Notes under the pieces: model-generated | The model's input: only the letters and a program-made list of their open reading frames with translations | Told to the model about the DNA's origin: nothing | Database searches by the model: none | Origin: Acholeplasma sp. | GTDB taxonomy: Bacteria; Bacillota_I; Bacilli_A; Acholeplasmatales; UBA5453 | DNA: 14,944 nucleotides | Direction: 5' to 3' | NCBI GenBank assembly: GCA_036677365.1 | Contig: JAVBWN010000028.1 | Span: 1-14,944 of the forward strand | Shown: one piece after another, positions 1-7,940 of the stretch | Layout of the letters: every line of letters starts with the position of its first letter | Position numbering within the stretch: the first letter of the stretch is position 1 | Translations under genes and position numbers: made by a program

Positions 1-467
1 ACATAATACTTACCGGTACTACTCTTAGAAACAGTTACGTTCTTTAAAGTCATATCACTAGGTATAGATCTATGTTGTTTGATCTTTACTTCACCCAGTT
101 TAGGTAATTTGATAAAACCTTTTAATAGAACGATGTTATTATTCACTCGATTGGTTGTATAACCATAGTCTTGTTTCTTAGAATGAAACTTAGGAAAGTC
201 TTGTTTACGTTTAAAAAACAGTCTAAAAGCTTTTTCTTGATTGAGTTGTGTATTGGCTAGAGAAAGCGAGTCTATGTCTTTTAGAAATGGATAAGCATCT
301 TTGTATTGTGCAGGTGTGGGATGAAGGATGTTTTTAGTGAGTTCGAAATTTTTCTGTTTATCTTCTAACATTTTATTCCAGAGAAAGCGATTATGGCCTA
401 GTGTCATATGGATTAAAGTCTTTTGAGATTCATTTGGATAGATTCGAAACTTAAAGGCTTTGTTCAT
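1..467 (-). CDS. tnpB: RNA-guided endonuclease TnpB (IS200/IS605 family), N-terminal ~155 aa; runs off the window start
   Basis: Manual translation from ATG at 467: MNKAFKFRIYPNESQKTLIHMTLGHNRFLWNKML...YPFLKDIDSLSLANTQLNQEKAFRLFFKRKQDFPKFHSKK...YTTN...IKLPKLGEVKIKQHR...LKNVTVSKSSTGKYY. These are typical TnpB N-terminal motifs (KAFKFRIYP, FPKFxSKK, IKLPKLG, TGKYY). GAAAGGGCGG RBS upstream. RuvC residues lie outside the window. Confidence 0.93.
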   Translation of the reverse strand, partial: MNKAFKFRIYPNESQKTLIHMTLGHNRFLWNKMLEDKQKNFELTKNILHPTPAQYKDAYPFLKDIDSLSLANTQLNQEKAFRLFFKRKQDFPKFHSKKQDYGYTTNRVNNNIVLLKGFIKLPKLGEVKIKQHRSIPSDMTLKNVTVSKSSTGKYY

Positions 468-516
468 ACCAAATCCGCCCTTTCATAGTGTTTATGTATA
501 GTAATTATTCAACTAT

Positions 517-545
517 ATTATAACATTATTTATGGGTTTTGTGAA
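517..545 (-). promoter_or_regulatory. sigmaA-type promoter of tnpB
   Basis: Minus strand TTCACA (545-540), 17 bp spacer, TATAAT (522-517) with extended -10 TG. Confidence 0.65.
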
Positions 546-667
546 ATAAATATGAAAGAATTTTACGAATCAATTCATCCCGCTACCTGAAGAGGGTGTG
601 GACTTCTTGATTGTGTTGTTAAACTAAAATCTTTAACTTTTGTCCCAACTTCTAGCATGAAACCCTC

Positions 668-2509
668 CTATTTCAATAATAATCTTAAACTATTTAAAAT
701 GACCAATATGGTCGAACCTTCGTGGAAAATGACCCCTAATGGCAATAACACAATCCCAAACACATTCGATAACAGTAATAAACTGATGACCGATATCGAG
801 AATATGATGTTTTGTCTTGCAATCTTTTTCATGCGCTTAGCGAGTTCGATGGATTTTTCAATGTTACCTATGTTGTTATTCATGAAGACGATGTCGGCCG
901 TCTCTAAGGATACATCTGTACCTGACCCCATGGCTACGCCAACATCAGCAGCGGCAAGCGCAGGTGCGTCATTGATCCCATCGCCCACCATCATGACTTT
1001 TTTACCTGATTTTTTTAGGGATTCGACGTGTTTCAATTTATCTTCTGGTAACAGCTCAGAAAGCACATAACTGATGCCTGCTTCTTTTGCAATCGATCCA
1101 GCCGTATATCGATTATCACCGGTCATTAAAATCGGTCTGATGTTATGTGCCTTTAATGATTCAATGGCTTCTTTGACTTTTGGACGAATACGGTCCATCA
1201 AAGCAATATAACCTACGAGCACTCCATCTTTAGATACTAAAATGGTTGTAAAACCGGCTTTGTGGGTTTGATCAATTTTAGATTTTAAATCCTCAGACAT
1301 CAAAACATCAAACTTGCCGACTTGATAGGAGTGACCTTGATAAGTACCTTCAATGCCCTTGCCTGGGGTTTCTTTAGAGATGACTTCGATCTCTTCTGTT
1401 TCATTTAAATAAGTAACGACTGCTTTGGCAAGCGGGTGGGTAGATTGTTTCTCTAAAGCATAGATGACCTTGCATAAAGTTTCATGTTCTTCTATCGAAC
1501 AATAAATCTCTTTGACTTCTGGTTTACCTTCCGTGATGGTACCTGTTTTGTCGAGCATCACAGCATCAATACCAGAAAGTGTTTCTAAGTGTTTACCCCC
1601 TTTGATGAGGATCCCTTTTCGAGAAGCGTTTGACAAGGACGATAAAACCGCGGGTGACACGCTCGCCACCAGCGCACACGGCGACCCTACGACTAAAACG
1701 ACAATCCCACGATAAATCGCGACATCTTGTGTCCACCAACCAAAGATCGGCGGGACCAACATGGTTAAAATCGATAGCGCGATGACGACATACACATACC
1801 AACGTTCGAATTGTTCGATAAAACTTTGTGTTTCGGTTTTGTTCTCATGGGCAGTTTCAACGAAATCGATGATTTTTTGAACCATGGAATCTTTCATATC
1901 CTTGGTGACTTTAACTTTGATTAAAGCCGATTCATTCAATGTCCCACTGAACACCACATCGCCAACTTTTTTATCGACAGGCACAAATTCACCGGTTATC
2001 ATCGATTCATTGATTGAAGTGCTACCAAATACGACCACACCATCCGCAGGAATCGATGACCCTACTTTTACGAGCACCACATCGCCAATATTTAAATCAC
2101 TGACTTTGACTGTGGTTTCTTTACCCTCTTGTTCTAAAAGCGCTTCTTCAGGGGCTAAGCTGAGCAGACTCGTAAAGGCTTTTTCACTTTTAGAAGTGGC
2201 GTAGTCTTCCAATAAACCCGACAACGCAAAAATGAATATCAATATCGCACCTTCAGCATAGTTTTTTAATATGAATGCCCCCAGTGCCGCAACAATCATT
2301 AAAAATTCAACGTTTAAAGCTTTGTTTTCAATCGTCTTAATGACGCCTTCTTTGGCTTTATAAAAACCACCAAATAAAAAGGATAATCCAAATAAAACCA
2401 TCTCTAAAGTATCACCAACATAGGATCCAAAAATCAATGTAAATAAAATGAGGACTATGGCGGTGACTGTAAAGATGGTTTCAATGGCTAAATTGTTTTT
2501 CTTGTTCAT
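668..2509 (-). CDS. Heavy-metal-translocating P-type ATPase, P1B-4 subclass (PfeT/ZosA/CoaT-like; Fe2+/Co2+/Zn2+ efflux)
   Basis: TGE, SPC in the metal-binding TM helix (VVGSPCAL), DKTGT phosphorylation site, HP, TGDN, GDGINDAPALA and HEGST in the last TM helix. No N-terminal CxxC domain. Start moved to ATG 2509 (MNKKNN), 8 nt after GGAGG (2518-2522). Confidence 0.93.
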   Translation of the reverse strand: MNKKNNLAIETIFTVTAIVLILFTLIFGSYVGDTLEMVLFGLSFLFGGFYKAKEGVIKTIENKALNVEFLMIVAALGAFILKNYAEGAILIFIFALSGLLEDYATSKSEKAFTSLLSLAPEEALLEQEGKETTVKVSDLNIGDVVLVKVGSSIPADGVVVFGSTSINESMITGEFVPVDKKVGDVVFSGTLNESALIKVKVTKDMKDSMVQKIIDFVETAHENKTETQSFIEQFERWYVYVVIALSILTMLVPPIFGWWTQDVAIYRGIVVLVVGSPCALVASVSPAVLSSLSNASRKGILIKGGKHLETLSGIDAVMLDKTGTITEGKPEVKEIYCSIEEHETLCKVIYALEKQSTHPLAKAVVTYLNETEEIEVISKETPGKGIEGTYQGHSYQVGKFDVLMSEDLKSKIDQTHKAGFTTILVSKDGVLVGYIALMDRIRPKVKEAIESLKAHNIRPILMTGDNRYTAGSIAKEAGISYVLSELLPEDKLKHVESLKKSGKKVMMVGDGINDAPALAAADVGVAMGSGTDVSLETADIVFMNNNIGNIEKSIELAKRMKKIARQNIIFSISVISLLLLSNVFGIVLLPLGVIFHEGSTILVILNSLRLLLK

Positions 2510-2531
2510 ACATAAGTCCTCCACTGAGACA

Positions 2532-2540
2532 AGTATAACA
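2532..2540 (-). promoter_or_regulatory. Extended -10 promoter element for the ATPase
   Basis: TGTTATACT on the minus strand just upstream of the RBS; no convincing -35. Confidence 0.45.
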
Positions 2541-2569
2541 TAGAATGGTTTTCTTCTTATAAATAATGC

Positions 2570-2611
2570 ACATATTTATTATAAATAGCCTCTTTTTTAT
2601 AATAATTATGG
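2570..2611. promoter_or_regulatory. Two PerR/Fur-family-like operator boxes
   Basis: TTATAATAATTATGG (2597-2611) matches the Per box TTATAATnATTATAA at 12/14 defined positions, and ACATATTTATTATAA (2570-2584) at 11/14. The AT-rich background lowers specificity. Confidence 0.5.
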
Positions 2612-2728
2612 AAAGTTATTGAAATGTGAGACCCAAATCCTCCATTCAAGATGCTTATGGATGATGCCTTTGATTACCAACCATGCTTGTTTTTAATTGT
2701 TTTAACCACCTATAGGGTTTATTTTACA

Positions 2729-2757
2729 TTTACTTTTTAGTACTTTGATGATAAACT
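2729..2757 (+). promoter_or_regulatory. Putative sigmaA promoter of the RDD-like gene
   Basis: TTTACT (2729-2734), 17 bp spacer, TAAACT (2752-2757) with extended -10 TG. Confidence 0.45.
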
Positions 2758-2792
2758 GAGGTCAATAAAGCATCGATTCAAGGGAGGGACTT

Positions 2793-3296
2793 ATGGAGGA
2801 CCAAGACAGAACATTCAATCCATTTATGTATAGATATTTTTTAATGCCAAGTAAATTTCGAATCCTACTCGCACCGCTCATTGATATCATTATTCTCGTC
2901 GGTTTATTCTTATGGTTTGTCTACCTTTATATCCTACCGAATAGGGTATACGAATCAGAGTATCTCTATGGTTTTATGTTTTTATACTTGATGGTGACTT
3001 TAATCATTCATCTGATGTTTTTGAAATTTGGTTTTGCGAGTTTAGGCCATTTTATCCTTGGACTAGCACACATCAGTGGTCGTTCAGGTCGAAAGCTCAC
3101 TAGACTCGATTTTATCGAACTTTGGTTCAAATCGATTGGTTATGGTTTCAAGTATCAAGATATATACGTCATCTTCCATTTCTTTACAAGTGAATTCAAT
3201 CAGTCCATTGTATATGAAGATAACGATATCTTTATCGTGAAGTACCGAAAATATAAAAAAATGATTGCTGACAAACTACTCATAGTTCAAGATTAA
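2793..3296 (+). CDS. RDD-family-like membrane protein
   Basis: 167 aa with RBS AGGGAGGG. Two hydrophobic helices. RILLAPLID and SLGHFILGL...GRKLT resemble the RDD-domain pattern (R..A..ID; T/S.G....GL.V...G). Confidence 0.6.
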   Translation: MEDQDRTFNPFMYRYFLMPSKFRILLAPLIDIIILVGLFLWFVYLYILPNRVYESEYLYGFMFLYLMVTLIIHLMFLKFGFASLGHFILGLAHISGRSGRKLTRLDFIELWFKSIGYGFKYQDIYVIFHFFTSEFNQSIVYEDNDIFIVKYRKYKKMIADKLLIVQD

Positions 3297-3310
3297 GACT
3301 AGACCATAAC

Positions 3311-3353
3311 AAAAAACCACCCGATACATTTAAAGTATCCGGTGGTTTTTTTT
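3311..3353. terminator. Intrinsic terminator (bidirectional form) after the RDD-like gene
   Basis: A6-CCACCCGATAC / GTATCCGGTGG-T8 stem with one mismatch. Confidence 0.85.
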
Positions 3354-3409
3354 GACGTTACATGAATAAATTGGTTTATGATTTTGTGATTGACTTCATC
3401 AACAGTTAG

Positions 3410-3440
3410 AAAAATAAAAACGGCTATTAGGTAGCCGTTT
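3410..3440 (-). terminator. Intrinsic terminator of the tRNA-Leu transcript
   Basis: AAACGGCTA/TAGCCGTTT stem (3418-3440), followed on the minus strand by a T-rich tract, 10 nt past the tRNA CCA. Confidence 0.82.
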
Positions 3441-3450
3441 AAAATTCAAG

Positions 3451-3534
3451 TGGTGCGGATGACAGGAGTTGAACCTGCACGCCGAAGGCGCTAGATCCTA
3501 AGTCTAGTGCGTCTGCCAGTTTCGCCACATCCGC
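3451..3534 (-). tRNA. tRNA-Leu (anticodon UAG), 84 nt, CCA encoded
   Basis: GCGGATG/CATCCGC acceptor stem plus ACCA; anticodon arm CTAGA-CT TAG GA-TCTAG; long variable arm; T-arm GCAGG-TTCAACT-CCTGT. Confidence 0.97.
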
Positions 3535-3543
3535 GCAAATTGA

Positions 3544-3572
3544 ATTATATCGTTTTTTGAGGTGGTTGTCAA
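3544..3572 (-). promoter_or_regulatory. Consensus sigmaA promoter of tRNA-Leu
   Basis: TTGACA (3572-3567), 17 bp spacer, TATAAT (3549-3544), 9 nt upstream of the mature tRNA. Confidence 0.9.
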
Positions 3573-3580
3573 TAAACAAC

Positions 3581-5671
3581 TCAAATATTTTTTAAGTGCT
3601 GGTATAAATTCAATTGGAGCGCGATGTCCATGCGTTTTTTAAACAACATGACTTTTTCATACAACTCGAAAGGTTCGATTTCTACATCGTCAGGATCCAC
3701 AAAATACAGGGTATTCATGTCATTTGGACTTTCATCGCTATTCATGAATTTACTGATGATGAAAAAGTCGTCTGTCACGATGTCAAAAGCACGGGTATCG
3801 ATGGAAAACGTACGTTCATCGGAAAGTGCGTTGACTCCGTAATAATGATAATCTGAGGTCTTTCCATAGAGCTCAATAACTGTACGGTATAAATCCACTT
3901 GGCTTCTAACCAGTGGTTGTGAACCTGTCAATAAACCACGCGGAATGTCTGAGGTTTGGTCAGTATCATCGGGCACATATATGAAGGCCAACGTTTTAAT
4001 CATTTCAAGTTTATGCTCAATCGTTGATAGTTCTTTGCCTAAAATGGTTTCTAAATCGACTTTAGGGATACCTGAACCATGGTCACTATAAAACACATAC
4101 GCTGTATTATCCACCCGTTTAGCCATTTCGATGAAATTTTGAAAAAAATCATCGTAATAGGTTTCATAGTTGATGTATTTGAGGGTGGTCGAACTCACCG
4201 GGATCATCTCTTCTAAAAATTGATTTGGAAATGGGTCATATAAATACGGGGTATGGGGTTGGATGGTGATTGGATATAAGAAATACGAAGCATGCTGATT
4301 CATGAGTGATTCGGTCCAATCGAGCAGTGAGTTATCGGACAACCACGGGCTTTCTGGTGTGTTTTTTTCTAAGTAGTTGGGAAACACATGGACGCCATTT
4401 TTAGTACCTTCATAATATTGAATTTTCTCATCAAAATAGAAATAGTCATTAAATCCAAGCATTTGTTCATGGACAATGTCTCGATTGTAAAATGTTTTGG
4501 TATCGCCATGTAAAGAGGCTTTATACGCTTCAGGGAATAATTTGGGTAAGGCTTCAAAAACATACTTTGTTTGATTATAGTTCCAATATAAGGTGGTATC
4601 CCCTGTTGGATATAAACCTGTCATCACTGAGAACTCAGCATCCGCTGAATTGCCTAAACCGACATTGGTATAAAAGTTATCTAATACATAGGACTCGTTC
4701 AAAAGTGCCTTCAGGGTTTCAAAATAGGTCGAATCAAAATAAGGGCCTGTTTCGTCGAGTAAAAAATGATTAAACGTTTCTAAATGTATGATGACCAGAT
4801 TTTTCCCTGATAAAATACCATTCAGTGAAGACCCCTGCATGATTGAAGGGTCAACCGTCACTGTGGATGCCTCTGGTAAAGATAATTGATTGCTAAAGGT
4901 CTGTCCATATAAATTTGTATATGTGGTTTGATTTTTGTTATACGCATTGTAAATCGTTAAACTCGGTAAAGTTAAATTGACGTTGGATAAGTTGATGCCC
5001 ATCATTTGACCGACATAATAATTGTACAAGCCCGCACTTTGAATACCGAATAAGGCACGTTCAGCGGAGATTGGCCAACGTTTGTCGAGATTGGTTTTAA
5101 CTATCGCATTGGTCGATAATGAAACCACCACAGAACCCAATAATAAGAACCCTGAAAGTAATCGATGTAACGGGTAAGTGACTTCTTCTACTTCGAGTTT
5201 TAATTTCTTGATTTGTCTAAAATAGCCTACATGCATTCCAGTTAAGACCATGGCAGGGATGAACACAACGATTCGGTAATAATTAAAAAGTTCAGCCAGT
5301 GCTTCAACAAATATCGATCCAGCCAATTCTGCTGCCGGATTGTTAAATAAGGTCATCTCATAAATCGAGAACATCGTAGAGTAATATTTGGTGAAAATCC
5401 CAATCGAAAAAATCGCGATGTTGAGCAATACTGTTACCACGAGCAAGTATTGCATACGGGCGCGACGTTTTTTGAAGATTAAAAATCCTATCAACAATAG
5501 GATGGTTAAAGCAGCGATGTTGCCCGTAATCGCATTCAGTTCTAGCAAACCATGGCGTCTAAATGGAATCAAATATCGATTGAATATAGAGGTGGTTACC
5601 ATATATGTATTGAAGATATTTAATCCATAGAATAAGCCAAGGAACGTATAATACCATTTTTTCTGATTCAT
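3581..5671 (-). CDS. LTA synthase (LtaS)-family phosphoglycerol transferase, alkaline phosphatase/sulfatase superfamily
   Basis: About 5 N-terminal TM helices, then a catalytic domain with IIHLET, GNSADAEF, HGDTKTFYNRD, PHTPY and YSDHG. These match the LtaS motifs LES, GKTSDSEF, HGDYKTFWNRD, NHYPF and GDH. RBS AAGGTGA. Confidence 0.85.
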   Translation of the reverse strand: MNQKKWYYTFLGLFYGLNIFNTYMVTTSIFNRYLIPFRRHGLLELNAITGNIAALTILLLIGFLIFKKRRARMQYLLVVTVLLNIAIFSIGIFTKYYSTMFSIYEMTLFNNPAAELAGSIFVEALAELFNYYRIVVFIPAMVLTGMHVGYFRQIKKLKLEVEEVTYPLHRLLSGFLLLGSVVVSLSTNAIVKTNLDKRWPISAERALFGIQSAGLYNYYVGQMMGINLSNVNLTLPSLTIYNAYNKNQTTYTNLYGQTFSNQLSLPEASTVTVDPSIMQGSSLNGILSGKNLVIIHLETFNHFLLDETGPYFDSTYFETLKALLNESYVLDNFYTNVGLGNSADAEFSVMTGLYPTGDTTLYWNYNQTKYVFEALPKLFPEAYKASLHGDTKTFYNRDIVHEQMLGFNDYFYFDEKIQYYEGTKNGVHVFPNYLEKNTPESPWLSDNSLLDWTESLMNQHASYFLYPITIQPHTPYLYDPFPNQFLEEMIPVSSTTLKYINYETYYDDFFQNFIEMAKRVDNTAYVFYSDHGSGIPKVDLETILGKELSTIEHKLEMIKTLAFIYVPDDTDQTSDIPRGLLTGSQPLVRSQVDLYRTVIELYGKTSDYHYYGVNALSDERTFSIDTRAFDIVTDDFFIISKFMNSDESPNDMNTLYFVDPDDVEIEPFELYEKVMLFKKRMDIALQLNLYQHLKNI

Positions 5672-5750
5672 TTGATCACCTTGCGTAACCTTAGTATATC
5701 ATTTTTTTCATTGAACATAAATCTGAAATGATTTTATCATATTTCAAAGG

Positions 5751-5779
5751 AAAAAGACCCGTTCAAATCTGAACAGGTC
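5751..5779 (-). terminator. Intrinsic terminator after the Ig-repeat gene
   Basis: Minus strand GACCTGTTCA-GATT-TGAACGGGTC-TTTTT. Confidence 0.8.
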
Positions 5780-5789
5780 AACACCCTAA

Positions 5790-7349
5790 TCAACGTTTTT
5801 TAAATTTCTTATAACCAAAGAACCCACCAGATAACGCCACTACAGCGCTTATGGTTACATAAACCCAGGTATCTGCAGTACGCGATGTGTCTTGATAATT
5901 CACTGCGATTCGACTTTGATAATTGACACCATCGATTTCATAACTGTAATAAATATAGGCTTGCTTGCGTTTAGATTGTAAATGTTCTGTTTCATCCAAT
6001 AAAATCTTGATATTTCTTGGTGAAACCCCAGATTGTTGAAGCTGATTTTCTAACCATGAAATGACCTCTTCTCTCGACATCTCTTCATACGCATCGATGC
6101 TTAAGACATATTCTGTGGTATGAAAAATTGGGGCTGTATCATCAATCACATGCAAATGAACCGTCCTTAAGGTTTGGTTGCCTGCAGCATCCGTACAACG
6201 GACATAAATCGTATGATTTTTAATCAACGTGCCATTATAATCTGACAATTGAATGATCATTTTATGGGTTATATCCCCATCGTGGTTATCAATGGCGGTA
6301 TATAAGCTTGTGATTTGTTCTAAGGTACGGGGACCATCACTTAAATAAGTATAGATCACATCTGGACCATAGATCATCGGTGGTTTGGTATCTGTAACAC
6401 GAATTTGAATCGTTTTAGTGGCTTCATTGAGTGATTCATCTTTAAGAGCAAGTACAATTTCATAAGTACCGGCTTTTTGATTGCTACTAGAATAGTTATC
6501 ACTTTTAACGACAATTTGGGATGTACTCACGGATGACACATTATCCGATACCGTTAATTGTCCTAAAATATCATTTAAGTCGAGTGGGGTCCCATGTTCA
6601 ATGGTATATAAATCGATGCCATCAATGATGGGTTTCGTACGGTCAATGACTTTGATGACCATTTCAAAATAGCTCGTATTTGTCATGGCGTCTGTTGCTC
6701 TGTATTGCAGGATGAATTCGCCCAATTCCGGGTTGGATTCTTCATAGTCACCACCCATCAGTTCCATTTTAATCGGTCCACCTTTGGGGTCACTGACAGA
6801 AAGTGAATGGCGAATATCCGCTTCTAGGGCTGGTGAGTCGATGTCTACTAAATAAACCCCTGAATATACGATGGGGGCGTTAGAAACATAATATTCAAAA
6901 CCGTTGAATTGTGCATAAGTCCCTTCATACAGCATGATGTTATACCCTTCCATCGCCATGGCAGGTATATCCAAAAATAACAATGTTTCCACAGTACTCA
7001 CAAACGAATAATACCATCGCTCATTGACCAAATCAACGCTGATCTCTTTAGTTTGACAGTTCACATTTACCTTCTCACAATGGGTAAAATAAGGGTATTC
7101 GTCTTGTGAAAAATTATCTACCCCAATATAGGCTAAATCCATCACCAATGTGTATGTGACGTTCTTCTTGATCCGAATATGGGTAAACATATCGATGTCT
7201 CTAGGGTCAGTTCGTTGGATGTTTCTTAAATCCAAATAATTCTTACCATGGGGTAACCGTAGTGCATTGGTAGCATAATCACCTGCTTGAATGGACATGG
7301 AGCAAAAAAGCATGAAGATGAAACTACCTAAAATCCAAATTTTTTTCAA
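5790..7349 (-). CDS. Secreted, C-terminally membrane-anchored surface protein with ~3 bacterial Ig-like (DUF5011/HYR-like) repeats
   Basis: Probable TTG start at 7349 after AGAGGTGA, giving a signal peptide MKKIWILGSFIFMLFCSMSIQA. Repeats of ~83 aa are bounded by DRTKP, DTKPP and DDTAP and contain D..GN-type motifs. C-terminal TM helix plus KKFKKR; no LPxTG. Confidence 0.75.
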   Translation of the reverse strand: MKKIWILGSFIFMLFCSMSIQAGDYATNALRLPHGKNYLDLRNIQRTDPRDIDMFTHIRIKKNVTYTLVMDLAYIGVDNFSQDEYPYFTHCEKVNVNCQTKEISVDLVNERWYYSFVSTVETLLFLDIPAMAMEGYNIMLYEGTYAQFNGFEYYVSNAPIVYSGVYLVDIDSPALEADIRHSLSVSDPKGGPIKMELMGGDYEESNPELGEFILQYRATDAMTNTSYFEMVIKVIDRTKPIIDGIDLYTIEHGTPLDLNDILGQLTVSDNVSSVSTSQIVVKSDNYSSSNQKAGTYEIVLALKDESLNEATKTIQIRVTDTKPPMIYGPDVIYTYLSDGPRTLEQITSLYTAIDNHDGDITHKMIIQLSDYNGTLIKNHTIYVRCTDAAGNQTLRTVHLHVIDDTAPIFHTTEYVLSIDAYEEMSREEVISWLENQLQQSGVSPRNIKILLDETEHLQSKRKQAYIYYSYEIDGVNYQSRIAVNYQDTSRTADTWVYVTISAVVALSGGFFGYKKFKKR

Positions 7350-7396
7350 AAAAATCACCTCTACATAATACGTACAGGTGATCGTTTGATTTTACT

Positions 7397-7939
7397 TTAT
7401 TCGATTTCTACAAATACTCGACACGGGCTACTGTCCGCTTCGATTTTCAAGGGTATGACGTACGTTTTGAACAACTGATTGGATGGCAACTGATCAAAAT
7501 TCACAGCATTTTCAACGATGAACATACCCTGATTGAATAAGTAATGATGGATGTCATAGGGGATATCATCTGGAGATGCCCCTTCAATGATGATGACTTT
7601 AATGGGTGATTTGATTGTTCTTTTCGCCCAAGATAAGTCGATCCATCCATCGGTTTCAATCAACAACAAGGTTTCGCCTTGATTTGTATAGGGTACTAAA
7701 GTGGAGATTTTTTTACCGAAACCAATAAATCCATCCAATGGATAATCCGACATATCTTTTTGATTGGATAACATGTGTTTGGGTCCATCGATGTGTGTCC
7801 CTGCATGCATCGATGTGGTTAATATGTGATTTTCATATCCATCTGATTCGATTGTAGCGATTTTATTTAAAACAACTTCAGGATCCCCTGGATATACAGG
7901 CAACCCATTTTTGATGGTTTTTGTCAGGTCGATAATCAT
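7397..7939 (-). CDS. Cyclase-family metal-dependent hydrolase (kynurenine formamidase-like)
   Basis: MIIDLT, PVYPGDP, HAGTHIDGPKH (HxGTHxDxPxH), IVEN, PLKI..ADSSPCR. Likely start is ATG 7939, 1 nt after the mgsA stop. Confidence 0.88.
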   Translation of the reverse strand: MIIDLTKTIKNGLPVYPGDPEVVLNKIATIESDGYENHILTTSMHAGTHIDGPKHMLSNQKDMSDYPLDGFIGFGKKISTLVPYTNQGETLLLIETDGWIDLSWAKRTIKSPIKVIIIEGASPDDIPYDIHHYLFNQGMFIVENAVNFDQLPSNQLFKTYVIPLKIEADSSPCRVFVEIE

Positions 7940-7940
7940 A

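Larger units (their letters stand above)
1..618 (-). mobile_element. IS200/IS605-family insertion sequence (tnpB-only, IS1341-like), left portion
   Basis: tnpB is preceded by an imperfect subterminal hairpin (AATCAA..TCCCGCTACC-TGAAGA-GGGTGTGGA..TTGATT, 568-612). On the minus strand TTTAA (619-623) abuts the inferred left end. There is no room for tnpA between the left end and tnpB. Confidence 0.72.

Noticed and set aside
468..667. CRISPR array or Cas12f assignment for the TnpB-like gene
   Set aside because: No direct-repeat/spacer array was seen anywhere in the window; the upstream region looks like an IS left end.
657..2204. ORFs 657..1070, 1512..1715, 1884..2204 (+) and 1593..1802 (-)
   Set aside because: Antisense or alternate-frame shadows of the conserved ATPase, with no recognisable motifs.
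3362..3409. 15-codon ORF MNKLVYDFVIDFINS between two terminators
   Set aside because: No RBS, and it lies directly after a strong terminator; probably chance.
1..3534. Genomic island integrated at the tRNA-Leu 3' end
   Set aside because: I saw no duplicate of the tRNA 3' end and no integrase in the window, and the tRNA's terminator is intact.
3614..5630. Short ORFs overlapping the LtaS-like gene
   Set aside because: Fully nested shadows with no motifs or clear RBS.
5724..5746. Imperfect palindrome TGAAATGAT..ATCATATTTCA upstream of the LtaS-like gene as a Fur box
   Set aside because: It needs a gap to pair and matches the consensus poorly in an AT-rich context.
7340..7354. T7-C-A7 homopolymers at the surface-protein start as a phase-variation switch
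   Set aside because: 7-nt A/T runs are common in this AT-rich sequence, and the frame is intact.
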